Shown here piece after piece: positions 1-10,461 of a stretch of 64,000 nt of DNA. The number at the start of each line of letters is the position of its first letter. Position 1 is the stretch's first letter. A program made the position numbers and the translations under genes. Under the pieces are notes generated by a model that saw only the letters and a program-made list of their open reading frames with translations, searched no databases and was not told the origin of the DNA. Origin of the DNA: Candidatus Moraniibacteriota bacterium (GTDB lineage Bacteria; Patescibacteriota; Minisyncoccia; Moranbacterales; UBA9337); assembly GCA_038331135.1 (NCBI GenBank), contig JBBQOS010000001.1, positions 9,140 through 73,139 of the forward strand, given 5' to 3'.

Positions 1-357
1 TGATGATGAACGCAAGCTATAATAATTATTTAATTTGTCCTCAAAGAAATAGTTAATCACGCCGTAAAGCAACATTCCCAGTGAAGTGGCAAATATTCCC
101 AAAAGAATAAAAGAAAAGAAATTAATTACAATTTCAACGGTAGTAGATTTTTTACTAAAAACTTTTTGCGCATTTCTACTGGGAGTTGGTACGCCAGCTT
201 TTACCAACCCGATTGCATAAGCACTATCCACTTCATCATCCGACCATCCAACTGCTTGCAATTGTTTTTTTATTTCATCATGCAAAACGCCAGCTTGAAT
301 GCGACCGACTATATAATCAACCAGAGATTGCTCTTCATTTTTAATTTCATCTTCCAT
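1..357 (-). CDS. hypothetical membrane protein; start codon in window, 3' end beyond window edge
   Basis: Minus-strand reading frame opens at ATG (plus 355-357) and stays open to position 1. Translation is MEDEIKNEEQSLVDYIVGRIQAG... and ends in a hydrophobic TM-like segment. The track ORF 166-393 (+) is antisense to it. Confidence 0.4.
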   Translation of the reverse strand, partial: MEDEIKNEEQSLVDYIVGRIQAGVLHDEIKKQLQAVGWSDDEVDSAYAIGLVKAGVPTPSRNAQKVFSKKSTTVEIVINFFSFILLGIFATSLGMLLYGVINYFFEDKLNNYYSLRSSS

Positions 358-440
358 AATATTATTTTTATTTTATCGGATTATCTATTATAATGATATC
401 ATACAAAATAATTAATTAATATCTTTTAAACAAAAATATA

Positions 441-2495
441 ATGTTAAAAAAACTAACCCAAATATTTTGGAATAATAACTTGCGCTTTAGGACTAAACTC
501 ATTTTAACTGTAGAAATCCTTGTTATTGCGATTACCATAACTTGTGGTTTTTTAGTTTACAACAACACTCATACCTTAGTAAGAGAAATACTCAGAAATA
601 AGCTTATAGCTATTGCATCTACCACGTCATCCGTTATTGATAGCTCTAAAGTTAAACTACTTCAACTTGAAAAAAATAATCAAGATTCAAATTATTTAGA
701 ATTAAAAGAAACCTTGCAGAAGGCAACTGAAAGCGATGAAGATATCGATTCTATTTATATAATGGAAAAATCAGACAAAGAAAACATTTTAAATTTTTTA
801 GTCGATTCAACTGAAACGGAAGATACCAATAAAAACGGCACCATAGAAGATGACGAAAAAGAAGCTACCATCGGAGAAGAATTTGATATCACGCCCTTTC
901 CTGAAATGAGTAAGGCTTTTGAAGCGAAAACGGCCGATTATGAAACAGCTTGCGATAAATGGGGTTGCTGGCTCAGCGGTTATGCTCCTATTTTAGATGA
1001 AAATAAAGAAACTATCGCCATAGTAGGTGTAGATATATCTGCCAACCAAGTTATCGCTTATGAGAAAAAATTAAAACTTTCGCTTCTCCTAGTTCTCGGA
1101 ATAATTTTTATTTTTTTCCCCATTTTTCTATTCTTTTATCTGAGATATTCATTAATTCCAGTTTCGGAAATATCTAAATCTATCGAAAATTTTAGTGGAG
1201 ATTTATCCACTCGAATGAACTCTGATAGGAAAGATGAGTTTGGCTTGATTGCAAATAATTTTAACCGAATGGCAGATGAATTAACTGATTTGGTAAAAAA
1301 CATAGAAGCCAAAGTAACTGAGAGAACCGCAGAAACAGTTGCTCAAAAAAATTACATCGAATCAGAAAAAAACAAGACTGATTCTATTTTAAAAAGCATT
1401 GGTGATGGGGTTTTCGTAGTAAATACGAATTTCGAAATAACAATGTTTAACAAAACTTCCGAATTGATAACGGGTTTTACTGCCAGTGAAGCTATCGGCA
1501 GAAAATACCATGAAATACTTCAATTTTTTAGCGATTCCGACGAAACTCGAAGAAATGATAGTTTTATAAGAAAAGCTATAGAAACAGGCACTGTCCAAGA
1601 AATGCCACCCCACACTTTATTGATAAACAAAATGGGACAAAAAATTCCAGTAGCCGATAGTGCTTGTCCACTTAAAGATAAAAATGGCGAAATTATAGGT
1701 TGCGTAGTGGTTTTTAGAAATATTACTCATGAATATGAAATAGCTAAAGCCAAGACAGAATTCGTTTCCCTGGCATCTCACCAACTTCGCACCCCTCTTT
1801 CTTCTATAAATTGGCATGCAGAAATGCTGTTATCTGAAGATTCTGGAAAAATAAATGCCAATCAAAAAAAATATTTAGAAGAAATATATTTTGGCAACCG
1901 AAGAATGGTTGATCTGGTGAATTCCCTATTGAACGTATCCCGATTAGAAATGGGCACCTTTTTGGTAGAACCGCAAAAAACAAATATCTTAGAAATGGCT
2001 GATGATGTTATAAAAGAGTTAGCCCCTCGCTCTCTGGAAAAAGATATAAAGATAAAAAAAGATTACGACAAAACACTTCCAGAAATAAATGTTGATCCAA
2101 AACTAATGAGAATTATTTTTCAAAATCTTCTTTCCAACTCACTCAAATATACTCAAACCAAAGGAAAAATTGAGTTAAAAATAAATTATGATAAAAAGAA
2201 TTTAAGCATTGAGATGAAAGACAATGGAATGGGAATTCCAGAAAAACAGAGAGCAAGTATCTTTTCTAAGTTTTTTAGAGCTGACAACGTGCGCCAAACA
2301 GAAACTGAAGGCACCGGCCTAGGTTTATATTTGGTAAAATCAATAATTGAACACTCTGAAGGAAAAGTAAGCTTTGAATCTACTGAAAATAAAGGAACTA
2401 CATTCTTTGTTTCACTACCTCTCTCTGGCATGAAAGCCAAAAAAGGAACCAAAGAAATAAATGAGGTTAATAGAAGGATTGAAAAGATATCCTGA
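441..2495 (+). CDS. sensor histidine kinase (TM, extracytoplasmic sensor domain, HAMP, PAS, HisKA, HATPase_c)
   Basis: H-box SHQLRTPLSSINWHAEML. PAS-like segment. G-box GTGLGLYLVKSI. Two TM helices flank a ~200 aa extracytoplasmic domain. Ends with TGA. Confidence 0.85.
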   Translation: MLKKLTQIFWNNNLRFRTKLILTVEILVIAITITCGFLVYNNTHTLVREILRNKLIAIASTTSSVIDSSKVKLLQLEKNNQDSNYLELKETLQKATESDEDIDSIYIMEKSDKENILNFLVDSTETEDTNKNGTIEDDEKEATIGEEFDITPFPEMSKAFEAKTADYETACDKWGCWLSGYAPILDENKETIAIVGVDISANQVIAYEKKLKLSLLLVLGIIFIFFPIFLFFYLRYSLIPVSEISKSIENFSGDLSTRMNSDRKDEFGLIANNFNRMADELTDLVKNIEAKVTERTAETVAQKNYIESEKNKTDSILKSIGDGVFVVNTNFEITMFNKTSELITGFTASEAIGRKYHEILQFFSDSDETRRNDSFIRKAIETGTVQEMPPHTLLINKMGQKIPVADSACPLKDKNGEIIGCVVVFRNITHEYEIAKAKTEFVSLASHQLRTPLSSINWHAEMLLSEDSGKINANQKKYLEEIYFGNRRMVDLVNSLLNVSRLEMGTFLVEPQKTNILEMADDVIKELAPRSLEKDIKIKKDYDKTLPEINVDPKLMRIIFQNLLSNSLKYTQTKGKIELKINYDKKNLSIEMKDNGMGIPEKQRASIFSKFFRADNVRQTETEGTGLGLYLVKSIIEHSEGKVSFESTENKGTTFFVSLPLSGMKAKKGTKEINEVNRRIEKIS

Positions 2496-2678
2496 GTATA
2501 TCAGCATGATAACGAAGAAACATCTTAAGATATATGGATTCAAAAAAAATCTAAATTCATCAGAGACTCCCACATTGAGTCACTATTAAAGCTAGCCTAA
2601 CATGGCTATGAGCACGACACGATCGTCGGGCTTGACCAGGAGTGGTATGCGATTTAAAATAAAAATAATTTTATTTTT

Positions 2679-3056
2679 TTAATACCATATAAATTTATTC
2701 ACTCTTGCGACAATTTCCTCCATTCCCCAATCAGATTTTACTAAATAATCGTTAACGCCCAAGTCTTTCGCCTGAATAAATTTATTCATATCTCCGTAAT
2801 TGGTCAAAATAATAACTTTTAAATCCTTACCTTTTTCATCTTCTCGAAGTTTCTTTAACATTTCCAATCCATCCATTACCGGCATGGCAATGTCCAAAAG
2901 AATCATATCTGGCAATTCCTTTAACGCAATCTCTAGACCGATTAATCCATTTTCTGCTACCACAACATCAAATCTTTCCATCTCAAGTTTGACTTTTAAA
3001 ATTTCTGACAAAGAGGATTCATCTTCCACGATTAATATTTTTTTCTTTTGTTTCAT
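2679..3056 (-). CDS. single-domain response regulator (CheY-like receiver)
   Basis: ILIVEDE...LLDIAMPVMDGLEML receiver motifs. Only 125 aa, so no output domain. Convergent with the histidine kinase. Confidence 0.85.
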   Translation of the reverse strand: MKQKKKILIVEDESSLSEILKVKLEMERFDVVVAENGLIGLEIALKELPDMILLDIAMPVMDGLEMLKKLREDEKGKDLKVIILTNYGDMNKFIQAKDLGVNDYLVKSDWGMEEIVARVNKFIWY

Positions 3057-3105
3057 GTTTTATTTTTTGTATTTAATTAAATTGATTTATCGGAAACTCA
3101 CCTAC

Positions 3106-5436
3106 CTATTTCTCATCATCTTCCAACTTTATCGATAATAATTTAGACACTCCATCATCTCCCATCGTCGCACCATAAAGATAAGAAGCTTGGCGCATTG
3201 TTTCTCTATTATGAGTAATTGCGACAAATTGAGTTCGATTTGATAAAGTTTTTAGAATTTTACTAAATCTCCTGGAGTTAGCTTCATCCAAAGCTGCCTC
3301 TACTTCATCTAACATTGAAAAAGGAGGTGGATTATAAGAAATAATTGCAAACAGTAAGGCTAGAGAGGTCAGAGACCTTTCTCCCCCAGAAAGCATTGAG
3401 AGGTTAGAAATCTTTTTTCCTGGAGGGCAAGCAGCGATATCTATTCCCACCTCATCCTTATCATTATCTTCTAGTTCTTCAATCTCCTCTTCTAATTTAT
3501 CTTCTTTTTCTACATCTAATCCGTCTCCCAATATTTGCTTAACTCGATTAATTTTCTTTTTTCTTGTTTTTACCAAGCTAGCCTTTCCTCCTCCAAAAAT
3601 TATTTTAAAATACTTTGAAAATTCATCGTTAATTTTACCAAAGGCTTCAGCAAATACCACATCGATTTTTTTATCCATTTCTTTAGCAATTTCCAAAAGC
3701 GAAACAATGGCTTGCTCCAAATCTTTTGATTCTTGTTGTAAGGTTTCATAACGCTTATTAGTTTCTTCGTATTCCTCCACAATTAATGGATCAATTCCTC
3801 CAATTTGTTCCATCTGAATTTTTAATCTAGAAATTTTTTGCTCCGTATCATATCGATCAATTTTTTCTCCGTCAAATTTAAGGTTAACGATTTCTACATT
3901 TAAATTATTTTTTGCTTCAGCGGTCAAATCTTCTTCGCGCACTTCAATTCTAGCCAGAGACACTTTAGCGTCATTGAACTTGTCTTTCGCGATATCCAAT
4001 TTTCTTTGTCCTTCTCGTAATTTTTCTTCGGCAACAAAAAATTCCTCACGCACCTTAGCATCTCTTTCTACTTCTTTTTGAATCTGAGCATTAATCTCGG
4101 CAATTTTTCCCCTAGCTATTTTAATTTCTTTTCTCAGTTTTTCTAGCTGTTTATTCATTTCTTCCAACTGTTTATTGCCCTCTTTTTCTCCTTCTATTTG
4201 TTCTTGAGTTTTTTTGCCTTCTACCTTGCCCTTATTGATATCTCCCTTGAGTATTACAATATTCTTTTCTATTTTTATAATAAATTCTTTTAGCTCAGTC
4301 AATTCTTCCAATGTCTTAATCTTTTCAATCCTTTCACTCAGCTCTCTTTGGTAGATATGAATTTTTTCTAATTCCTCCTGAATATATCCCTTATCTACTA
4401 GGATTTCCTTAATAATCCCCTGTTGTCTAATTCTATCGCGTAAAATTTCCATTTTTCCCTCAGTCATCATTATTTCTTTTTCGGAAATATTCACAATTCG
4501 ATAAATCTTATCTCTTTCAAATTTTAATTCATCTTGAGCTTTGTTTTGTCTCATTTTTTGAGATTCACTTTCTACGAAGTCGTTAAGTTTATCCAAATCT
4601 CTTTGAATTAAAATCACTTCTTTACCTAAATCTTCTTTTTGTCTAAAAGACTCCTCTCTGTCTGTCTGAAAAGAATGCCACAAAAAAGAAAAATATTTCT
4701 CTTGAATTTCTCTTAACTTACTTTTTATTTCAGCTCCTTTTTGAGCTTTATCGGATTGTCTTTTTAAAATTCGTAAATGTGGCTCTATCTCTCCTAAAAG
4801 AGCACTAACTTGTAAAAGATTTTTACTGGTTGCTTCCAATTTTTTTAAAGCTCGCTCTTTTTTAATTTGATATTGTTTTACTCCCGCCGCATCTTCCAAG
4901 ATCGACTTCCTCTCGCTTATTGAAGCGTTTAAGACCGCATCACTCATGCCCTGGTTGACTACGCTATAGCTATCCTTGCCCACTCCGGCTTTGGCTAACA
5001 AATCAGTTATGTCAGTCAGTCTTACCTTAGAACCGTTAATAAGATATTCACTTTCACCACTACGATAGATTTTTCTACGAATAACCACTTCCGAGAAATC
5101 CAATGGAATTTTTTTATCAGAATTATCTAAATGCAATGACACCGAAGCATAATTTAGTTTTCCCTTATTTCCACTTCCGGCAAAGATAACATCTTCTGAT
5201 TTTTTGCCTCGAAGGTTTTTCATGGATTGTTCTCCCATTACCCAGCGAATTGCATCAGCGATATTTGACTTACCACTTCCATTTGGTCCCACTATGGCAG
5301 TAATGCCCATTTTCTTTTTTTCGCCATTTTCAATATTACCGTTGACTTCATTAATTGAATCCGAGGGCATGAAATCTATAACAGTTTTATTGGCAAAAGA
5401 TTTAAAACCGGCTATTTCTAATTTTTTTAAATACAT
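3106..5436 (-). CDS. smc: SMC-like chromosome condensation ATPase, short (776 aa), apparently hinge-less
   Basis: N-terminal Walker A GPNGSGKSN. C-terminal signature LSGGERSLTSLALLFAI and Walker B MLDEVEAALD. The ~450 aa central region is coiled-coil and no hinge domain is recognisable. Sits downstream of rnc, as in the conserved rnc-smc arrangement. Confidence 0.75.
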   Translation of the reverse strand: MYLKKLEIAGFKSFANKTVIDFMPSDSINEVNGNIENGEKKKMGITAIVGPNGSGKSNIADAIRWVMGEQSMKNLRGKKSEDVIFAGSGNKGKLNYASVSLHLDNSDKKIPLDFSEVVIRRKIYRSGESEYLINGSKVRLTDITDLLAKAGVGKDSYSVVNQGMSDAVLNASISERKSILEDAAGVKQYQIKKERALKKLEATSKNLLQVSALLGEIEPHLRILKRQSDKAQKGAEIKSKLREIQEKYFSFLWHSFQTDREESFRQKEDLGKEVILIQRDLDKLNDFVESESQKMRQNKAQDELKFERDKIYRIVNISEKEIMMTEGKMEILRDRIRQQGIIKEILVDKGYIQEELEKIHIYQRELSERIEKIKTLEELTELKEFIIKIEKNIVILKGDINKGKVEGKKTQEQIEGEKEGNKQLEEMNKQLEKLRKEIKIARGKIAEINAQIQKEVERDAKVREEFFVAEEKLREGQRKLDIAKDKFNDAKVSLARIEVREEDLTAEAKNNLNVEIVNLKFDGEKIDRYDTEQKISRLKIQMEQIGGIDPLIVEEYEETNKRYETLQQESKDLEQAIVSLLEIAKEMDKKIDVVFAEAFGKINDEFSKYFKIIFGGGKASLVKTRKKKINRVKQILGDGLDVEKEDKLEEEIEELEDNDKDEVGIDIAACPPGKKISNLSMLSGGERSLTSLALLFAIISYNPPPFSMLDEVEAALDEANSRRFSKILKTLSNRTQFVAITHNRETMRQASYLYGATMGDDGVSKLLSIKLEDDEK

Positions 5437-5880
5437 ATATTTTCATAAAACACAAAAAATTTAGCACTAACAAGGTGCTATATGCTACAAAACTATTGTA
5501 CTATAAATATTGAGATTTAGGAAATATATGGAAAAATTTCGAAATCCCAATTTCAAATTTCAAACCAATGACAAAGTGCCGATATCTAATATCAAATTAA
5601 CTAGATTATTTCTATTATGAGATTAGATTTCTGTGCCACCGCTAAAGCTACAGCAACACACGGTCCACTCCGCTAGCGCTCCAGTCCGCTTCGCAGTAGC
5701 TTTAGCGAGACGAGTTCGAAGTGACCCATATTGGTAGTACTTCAATCAATTCGGTATAAATCAAATAATTTTTTCAAGTCTTTATGCTAAATAATTAACA
5801 TTTATTTTTAACATACTCAAAAAGCGGACACTTTCGTGTCCACTTTCTGGGGTACAGTTCACAAGTATATACTTTTATTT

Positions 5881-6570
5881 CTACATCCATCCTTTCGCCC
5901 TTAATCCTTCCTGTGCTGCTTCTCTTTGAGCTTCTTGCTTACTAGCGCCATTGCCCTGAGCCACTAATTCATCGCCAATGTAAACACCCACAGTGAAATT
6001 TTTATCATGATCTGGCCCCTCCTCTTTTAAAATTCGGTAAGAGGGCGTTAATTTAAAGTGTTCTTGAGAGTTTTCTTGAAAATAACTTTTGGGATCAAGG
6101 TATAATTTATTAGCAATCACATTCTCAATCTTAATTACTATATTTTCCAAAATAAATTTTTCCGCCACTGCATAACCCTGGTCCAAATAAATTGCTCCAA
6201 TAATAGCTTCCAAGGCATTAGCTAATAAATATTGTCGAGCTCGTCCCTTATCGCTAGACTCTCCTCGGCTCATTAGCACATATTCATCCACCTTTAATTC
6301 GGCAGAAATTTTAGCTAGCATTTCTCCATTTACCAAAGCCGCTCTCCAGCTGGTCATTTCACCCTCTTGATTATTTCTATAATTTTTAAACAAATAATCA
6401 GTTACCACCAACTCCAAAACCGCATCTCCCAAAAACTCCAACCTCTCATTGTGATTTAATTTATACTTTTTATTTTCATTTAGATAAGAGCGGTGGGTTA
6501 AAGCTTCCTGAATTAAATCCGGATTATTGAACTCTATTCCGATACTTTTAGCAAAACTACTTTTTGTCAT
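5881..6570 (-). CDS. rnc: ribonuclease III
   Basis: RNase III signature ERLEFLGDAVLEL plus C-terminal dsRBD. Confidence 0.9.
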   Translation of the reverse strand: MTKSSFAKSIGIEFNNPDLIQEALTHRSYLNENKKYKLNHNERLEFLGDAVLELVVTDYLFKNYRNNQEGEMTSWRAALVNGEMLAKISAELKVDEYVLMSRGESSDKGRARQYLLANALEAIIGAIYLDQGYAVAEKFILENIVIKIENVIANKLYLDPKSYFQENSQEHFKLTPSYRILKEEGPDHDKNFTVGVYIGDELVAQGNGASKQEAQREAAQEGLRAKGWM

Positions 6571-6660
6571 CTCGATTAAGAACTTCTAGTTAGAAATTTT
6601 TAAAAAATCGCCATTGGGACGAAAAATTAAAAACTTTTAATTAGAAATTATTATAAATAA

Positions 6661-7176
6661 TTAATTATTTTCTTGAATGATTTTTTTAGCATCTTCTAGC
6701 TTTTCTTTTTCTTCTTTTTTAACTTCTCTTTTTCTTTTATCATCATCCCTTAACGGCTCTCCCATTTCTCGATAAATTGTTCCCAATACTCCGTTTACAA
6801 ATTTAGCTGAGTTTGGTCCACCAAAAGTTTTAGACAATTCTATAGCTTCGTTAATAGCTACCTTGGGAGGAACATTTTCATAATTTCCATAGAGTAATTC
6901 GTAAATTCCAATTCTCAAAATATTTCTATCCACAACAGTAATTTGGCTAAGCGGCCACTCGGGAGCACATTGCTCAATGAGCTCATCAATATCAGTTTGA
7001 TTTTTTAATACACCTTCAACTAAATTTAAAACAAGATCTGTCTCCTCTATTCCAATAGCTAGCTCTTCGATATTCTTATCAACAATATTCAGAATATTCT
7101 CATTATTTCCACCATTAAAATCCCACTCAAATAAAGACTGCATTGCTATTGACCTTTGAAGGTGCCTATTCGCCAT
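6661..7176 (-). CDS. nusB: transcription antitermination factor NusB
   Basis: [27 protein letters not shown] matches the NusB core. Carries a charged C-terminal tail. Confidence 0.8.
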   Translation of the reverse strand: MANRHLQRSIAMQSLFEWDFNGGNNENILNIVDKNIEELAIGIEETDLVLNLVEGVLKNQTDIDELIEQCAPEWPLSQITVVDRNILRIGIYELLYGNYENVPPKVAINEAIELSKTFGGPNSAKFVNGVLGTIYREMGEPLRDDDKRKREVKKEEKEKLEDAKKIIQENN

Positions 7177-7219
7177 TTTAATTTATAAATCAAAGAAAAA
7201 ATTTCTTTGAAAAAGTTAT

Positions 7220-7435
7220 TTATTTTTTTATTTTAGTTGCTTTCTTAGTTATTTTAATAACCTCTCTTCCTTTGTAAAAACCGCATTTTGGACAAGCCCG
7301 ATGAGGAAGAATTTTTTCTTCACAATTACTGCATTTAGCAGCTTGAACTTTAATAATGCTTTTTAATTTAATAACCTGACCGGCTCGTCTTCTTCCTTTT
7401 CGAGCGGTATTATGTCGTTGTTTTGGTACTGGCAT
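7220..7435 (-). CDS. rpmF: 50S ribosomal protein L32 (zinc-ribbon type)
   Basis: N-terminal PVPKQRHNTARKGRRR plus CxxC...CxxC zinc ribbon. Confidence 0.8.
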   Translation of the reverse strand: MPVPKQRHNTARKGRRRAGQVIKLKSIIKVQAAKCSNCEEKILPHRACPKCGFYKGREVIKITKKATKIKK

Positions 7436-7578
7436 ATAATTAAATTTCTATAATCTATATAGTATTATCTGATTAAACTCTTGCTGTTTAAATTTATCAC
7501 TACTTTTTAATTTTGGCAAGAGCTAAGCTAGGCAACAATTAAAAATTCATCCACCAGACAAGAAACAATTTAAGTACA

Positions 7579-8665
7579 CTATTTATTTCTTTTTTTCAAA
7601 AACGCTTCAATAAATTCATCAATTTCACCATTTAAAACTGCATCCGGATTAGTGCTTTCAAATTCTGTGCGATGATCTTTGACCAATTTATAGGGATGGA
7701 CCACATAAGATCGGATTTGGCTTCCCCATTCAGCGCTCTGATGCCCTCCTTTTAATTTTCTTTTTTCAGCTTCTTTTTGCTCGAGAAATTTTTTATGCAA
7801 TTTTGCCATCAATAATTTCATGGCTCTTTCTTTGTTTTGCAATTGTGACCGCTCTGTCTGACAGGTGGCTACAGTATTGGTTGGCAGATGAGTTATGCGA
7901 ACTGCACTGTCAGTAGTATTAACACTTTGACCTCCCGCTCCCGAAGATCGAAAAGTATCTATTTTTAAATCATCGCTTTTTATCTGCACTTCTTTTAAGC
8001 TCTCAATTACTGGCAAAACTTCAATCAGGGCGAAAGATGTTTGTCTCAAATTATCCGAATTAAAAGGAGATAGTCGCACCAAACGATGAGTTCCTGCTTC
8101 TCCCCTTAGTAATCCATAAGTATACAGTCCAGTTATTTCGAAAGTTACACTTTTTATTCCGGCCTCTTGTCCTCTTGATTCATCAATTATTTTTGTATTA
8201 AAATTTTTCAATTGTGCATAACGCAGATACATCCGCATCAACATTTCTGCCCAGTCCTGAGCATCTACTCCTCCCGCTCCGGCATGAATTGAAATTATTG
8301 CATTATTTTTATCATATTTATCGCCCAGCAATGTCTCAATTTCTAATTCCTTAAAGTCTTTTTCTAGCTGTAATATCTGTTCTGACAAATCTTTTTTTTC
8401 TTTTTCATTATCAACCACTTCCAGTATTTCTAAAAAATAATCAATTTGCCTAGAATCTTCTTCTATTTTTTGAATAATTTTTTTCAAAGATTCCAACTCT
8501 TGCATTATTAGATTTGCTTCTCCATGGTTATCCCAAAAACCTTCTGTATTTATTTTATCCTCCAACTCGCTGATTTTATTTTTTTTGTTTTCTACGTCAA
8601 AGGCATTCCCGCAAGGACGGGATTTTAGATTTTATTTCTTCTAATTTCTTTTTCAATTCAATCAT
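7579..8665 (-). CDS. prfB: peptide chain release factor 2 with programmed +1 frameshift (frame 0 ATG at 8665-8663; shift at CTT TGA C, plus 8602-8596)
   Basis: SPF tripeptide and GGQ motif in the body ORF 7579-8565. The upstream minus-strand short frame MIELKKKLEEIKSKIPSLRECL ends at in-frame TGA within CTT-TGA-C. The +1 frame then continues as DVENKKNKISELEDKINTEGF..., which joins the body ORF. Confidence 0.85.
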
Positions 8666-8915
8666 ATTTAAAATATAAATTTTTAATCCCCCCCATTACC
8701 CGTACGGCTGATATGTCCTCTACCGTTTATTTTAGAACGTACCGGTTGCGAAATTTTATCTACCTGTATTTCTATGAATTATAATTGGAAATTAAAATAT
8801 TGAATGCTCGCCTGCCGGTAGGTATTAAAATTGATTATTGAGCATTGAAAATTATTTACAGATTGTTTTTTGCTTTAATGCTATTTTGTTTCAATGTCTT
8901 CATGCTCTATATGTT

Positions 8916-9734
8916 TTATTCACCCATCACCAATCTAAATTCAGCTTGAGCTGTTTTCATATCAGCTTTAAATTTATCTATTGCATTTTTAACTGAAAGC
9001 TTTCGATCATCTCTCAAGACTTGAATTTCTTCTTGGGATTTCTTATTTTCAATCACCTTGGATTTATATTCTTTACTGATTAATTTAATTTCTTCCTTTA
9101 AATTATTGGTGACTTTTCTCAAGTCATCTGAAGTAGCATCTTGGCTACAAGAATTTTTGGCCGTGGCTATGGCAGCGTTTGTTCTTTTTTTAAGCTCTAC
9201 CTTTAATGACTCCATAGATTTATCACGATTACTAATCGCACTATCAATTCCCCTATTCATTATTTCTCGAGCTTGGTCAATAGAAGTTCGTCTAACTTCA
9301 ATAGCTTTCTCAACAGCCACTTTAAATTTAATTACTGCAGACTTTTTAGTTGCATCAGCGCCTGCCTTGGTTTCCAATTTATTATAAAAATTATCCCTAT
9401 CCTCATCCCGCATATTCCTTCTATTGTCCAGTTCCGCATCTCGAGAAACTCTACTTTCCTCCATTTCTTTAACTCTGCTTTTTATCCTATCTTTTGATTG
9501 ATTCCCGCTATCTCCAATCTTAGCTTCTAATCTACTAGCTATACTGGCTATTCTATCGCAAATTTTTTCGTTTATTTTATCTTCTCGCTGGGATTTTCTA
9601 TCATCTTTTGTGGCGCTCAAATTTTTCATATTAGTTCCCACTGTCTCACTTTCATTTACTGCTCTAACATTATTAGCTAATCCAGCTAAAAATATTAAAG
9701 CTAACCAACTTATTATTTTTATGTTTCTTTTCAT
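8916..9734 (-). CDS. secreted coiled-coil/charged protein, hypothetical
   Basis: Signal peptide MKRNIKIISWLALIFLAGLANNVRA followed by K/E/R-rich low-complexity coiled coil. Confidence 0.55.
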   Translation of the reverse strand: MKRNIKIISWLALIFLAGLANNVRAVNESETVGTNMKNLSATKDDRKSQREDKINEKICDRIASIASRLEAKIGDSGNQSKDRIKSRVKEMEESRVSRDAELDNRRNMRDEDRDNFYNKLETKAGADATKKSAVIKFKVAVEKAIEVRRTSIDQAREIMNRGIDSAISNRDKSMESLKVELKKRTNAAIATAKNSCSQDATSDDLRKVTNNLKEEIKLISKEYKSKVIENKKSQEEIQVLRDDRKLSVKNAIDKFKADMKTAQAEFRLVMGE

Positions 9735-9766
9735 AGTTATTTAGATTTAAATGTAAAAAATTATTA

Positions 9767-10078
9767 TTAATAAACTTCATTTTCGATAGAATCAAAATCC
9801 GCACTTTCATCAAATTGTCCGTCATCCACCAATCCATCAGCCAAATCATCAGCATCTTCTTCAAAATCAACATCTGTTTGCATCAAGTCAGCTTTTTCTT
9901 GGTTGGAATTTTGAGTACCAGTTCCTTTTGCTGATTCTATCTTAGATTTAGCAATACCGTTGAGAGATTGGATATCGGCGTCGCCCTTGTTTGAAATATT
10001 TTTTGACATAACCAAAAAAATTCCGCACAAAACTACTGCTACGGCTATAAATACCCACAGATACATATTTTTCTTCAT
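9767..10078 (-). CDS. small membrane-anchored acidic protein, hypothetical
   Basis: N-terminal TM helix followed by a D/E-rich tail. Confidence 0.45.
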   Translation of the reverse strand: MKKNMYLWVFIAVAVVLCGIFLVMSKNISNKGDADIQSLNGIAKSKIESAKGTGTQNSNQEKADLMQTDVDFEEDADDLADGLVDDGQFDESADFDSIENEVY

Positions 10079-10461
10079 ATCCTACTATTTCTGTTAAATT
10101 GCATTAAGTTGCATTATTTAACTAGATTTTATTTATTATTTATTTTAAATTATTATACCACACTTTAATTAAAAACAAAATAAAAATGTATTTGCATAAT
10201 TTTTAACATTTAGCATTTTATATATTCCAAGGTTCAATCTTTGGCTAGCCAAATGTTGAACCTTGAAGCTGGAAGATATATCAATTGAGATTGCCACGGT
10301 TGGCTTGATTACAAACCTCGCTCCCTCCAGAGGCGGGCACGGCGCAAAGACGACAAACAGAAACTGTATTTGGAGAAAGGTGAACAGTTAGGGCAGCGCT
10401 GTTTGACTAAAGACTATAATAGATATAGAATTTACTTGGGTTTTTAAAGGAATAAAATATT

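Noticed and set aside
166-393. Plus-strand ORF 166-393
   Set aside because: Antisense to a more plausible minus-strand gene whose ATG is at 357 and which runs off the window.
1389-2452. Minus-strand ORFs 1389-1613, 1617-1817, 2186-2452 inside the histidine kinase gene
   Set aside because: Antisense to a motif-rich 684-aa gene. AT-rich antisense frames.
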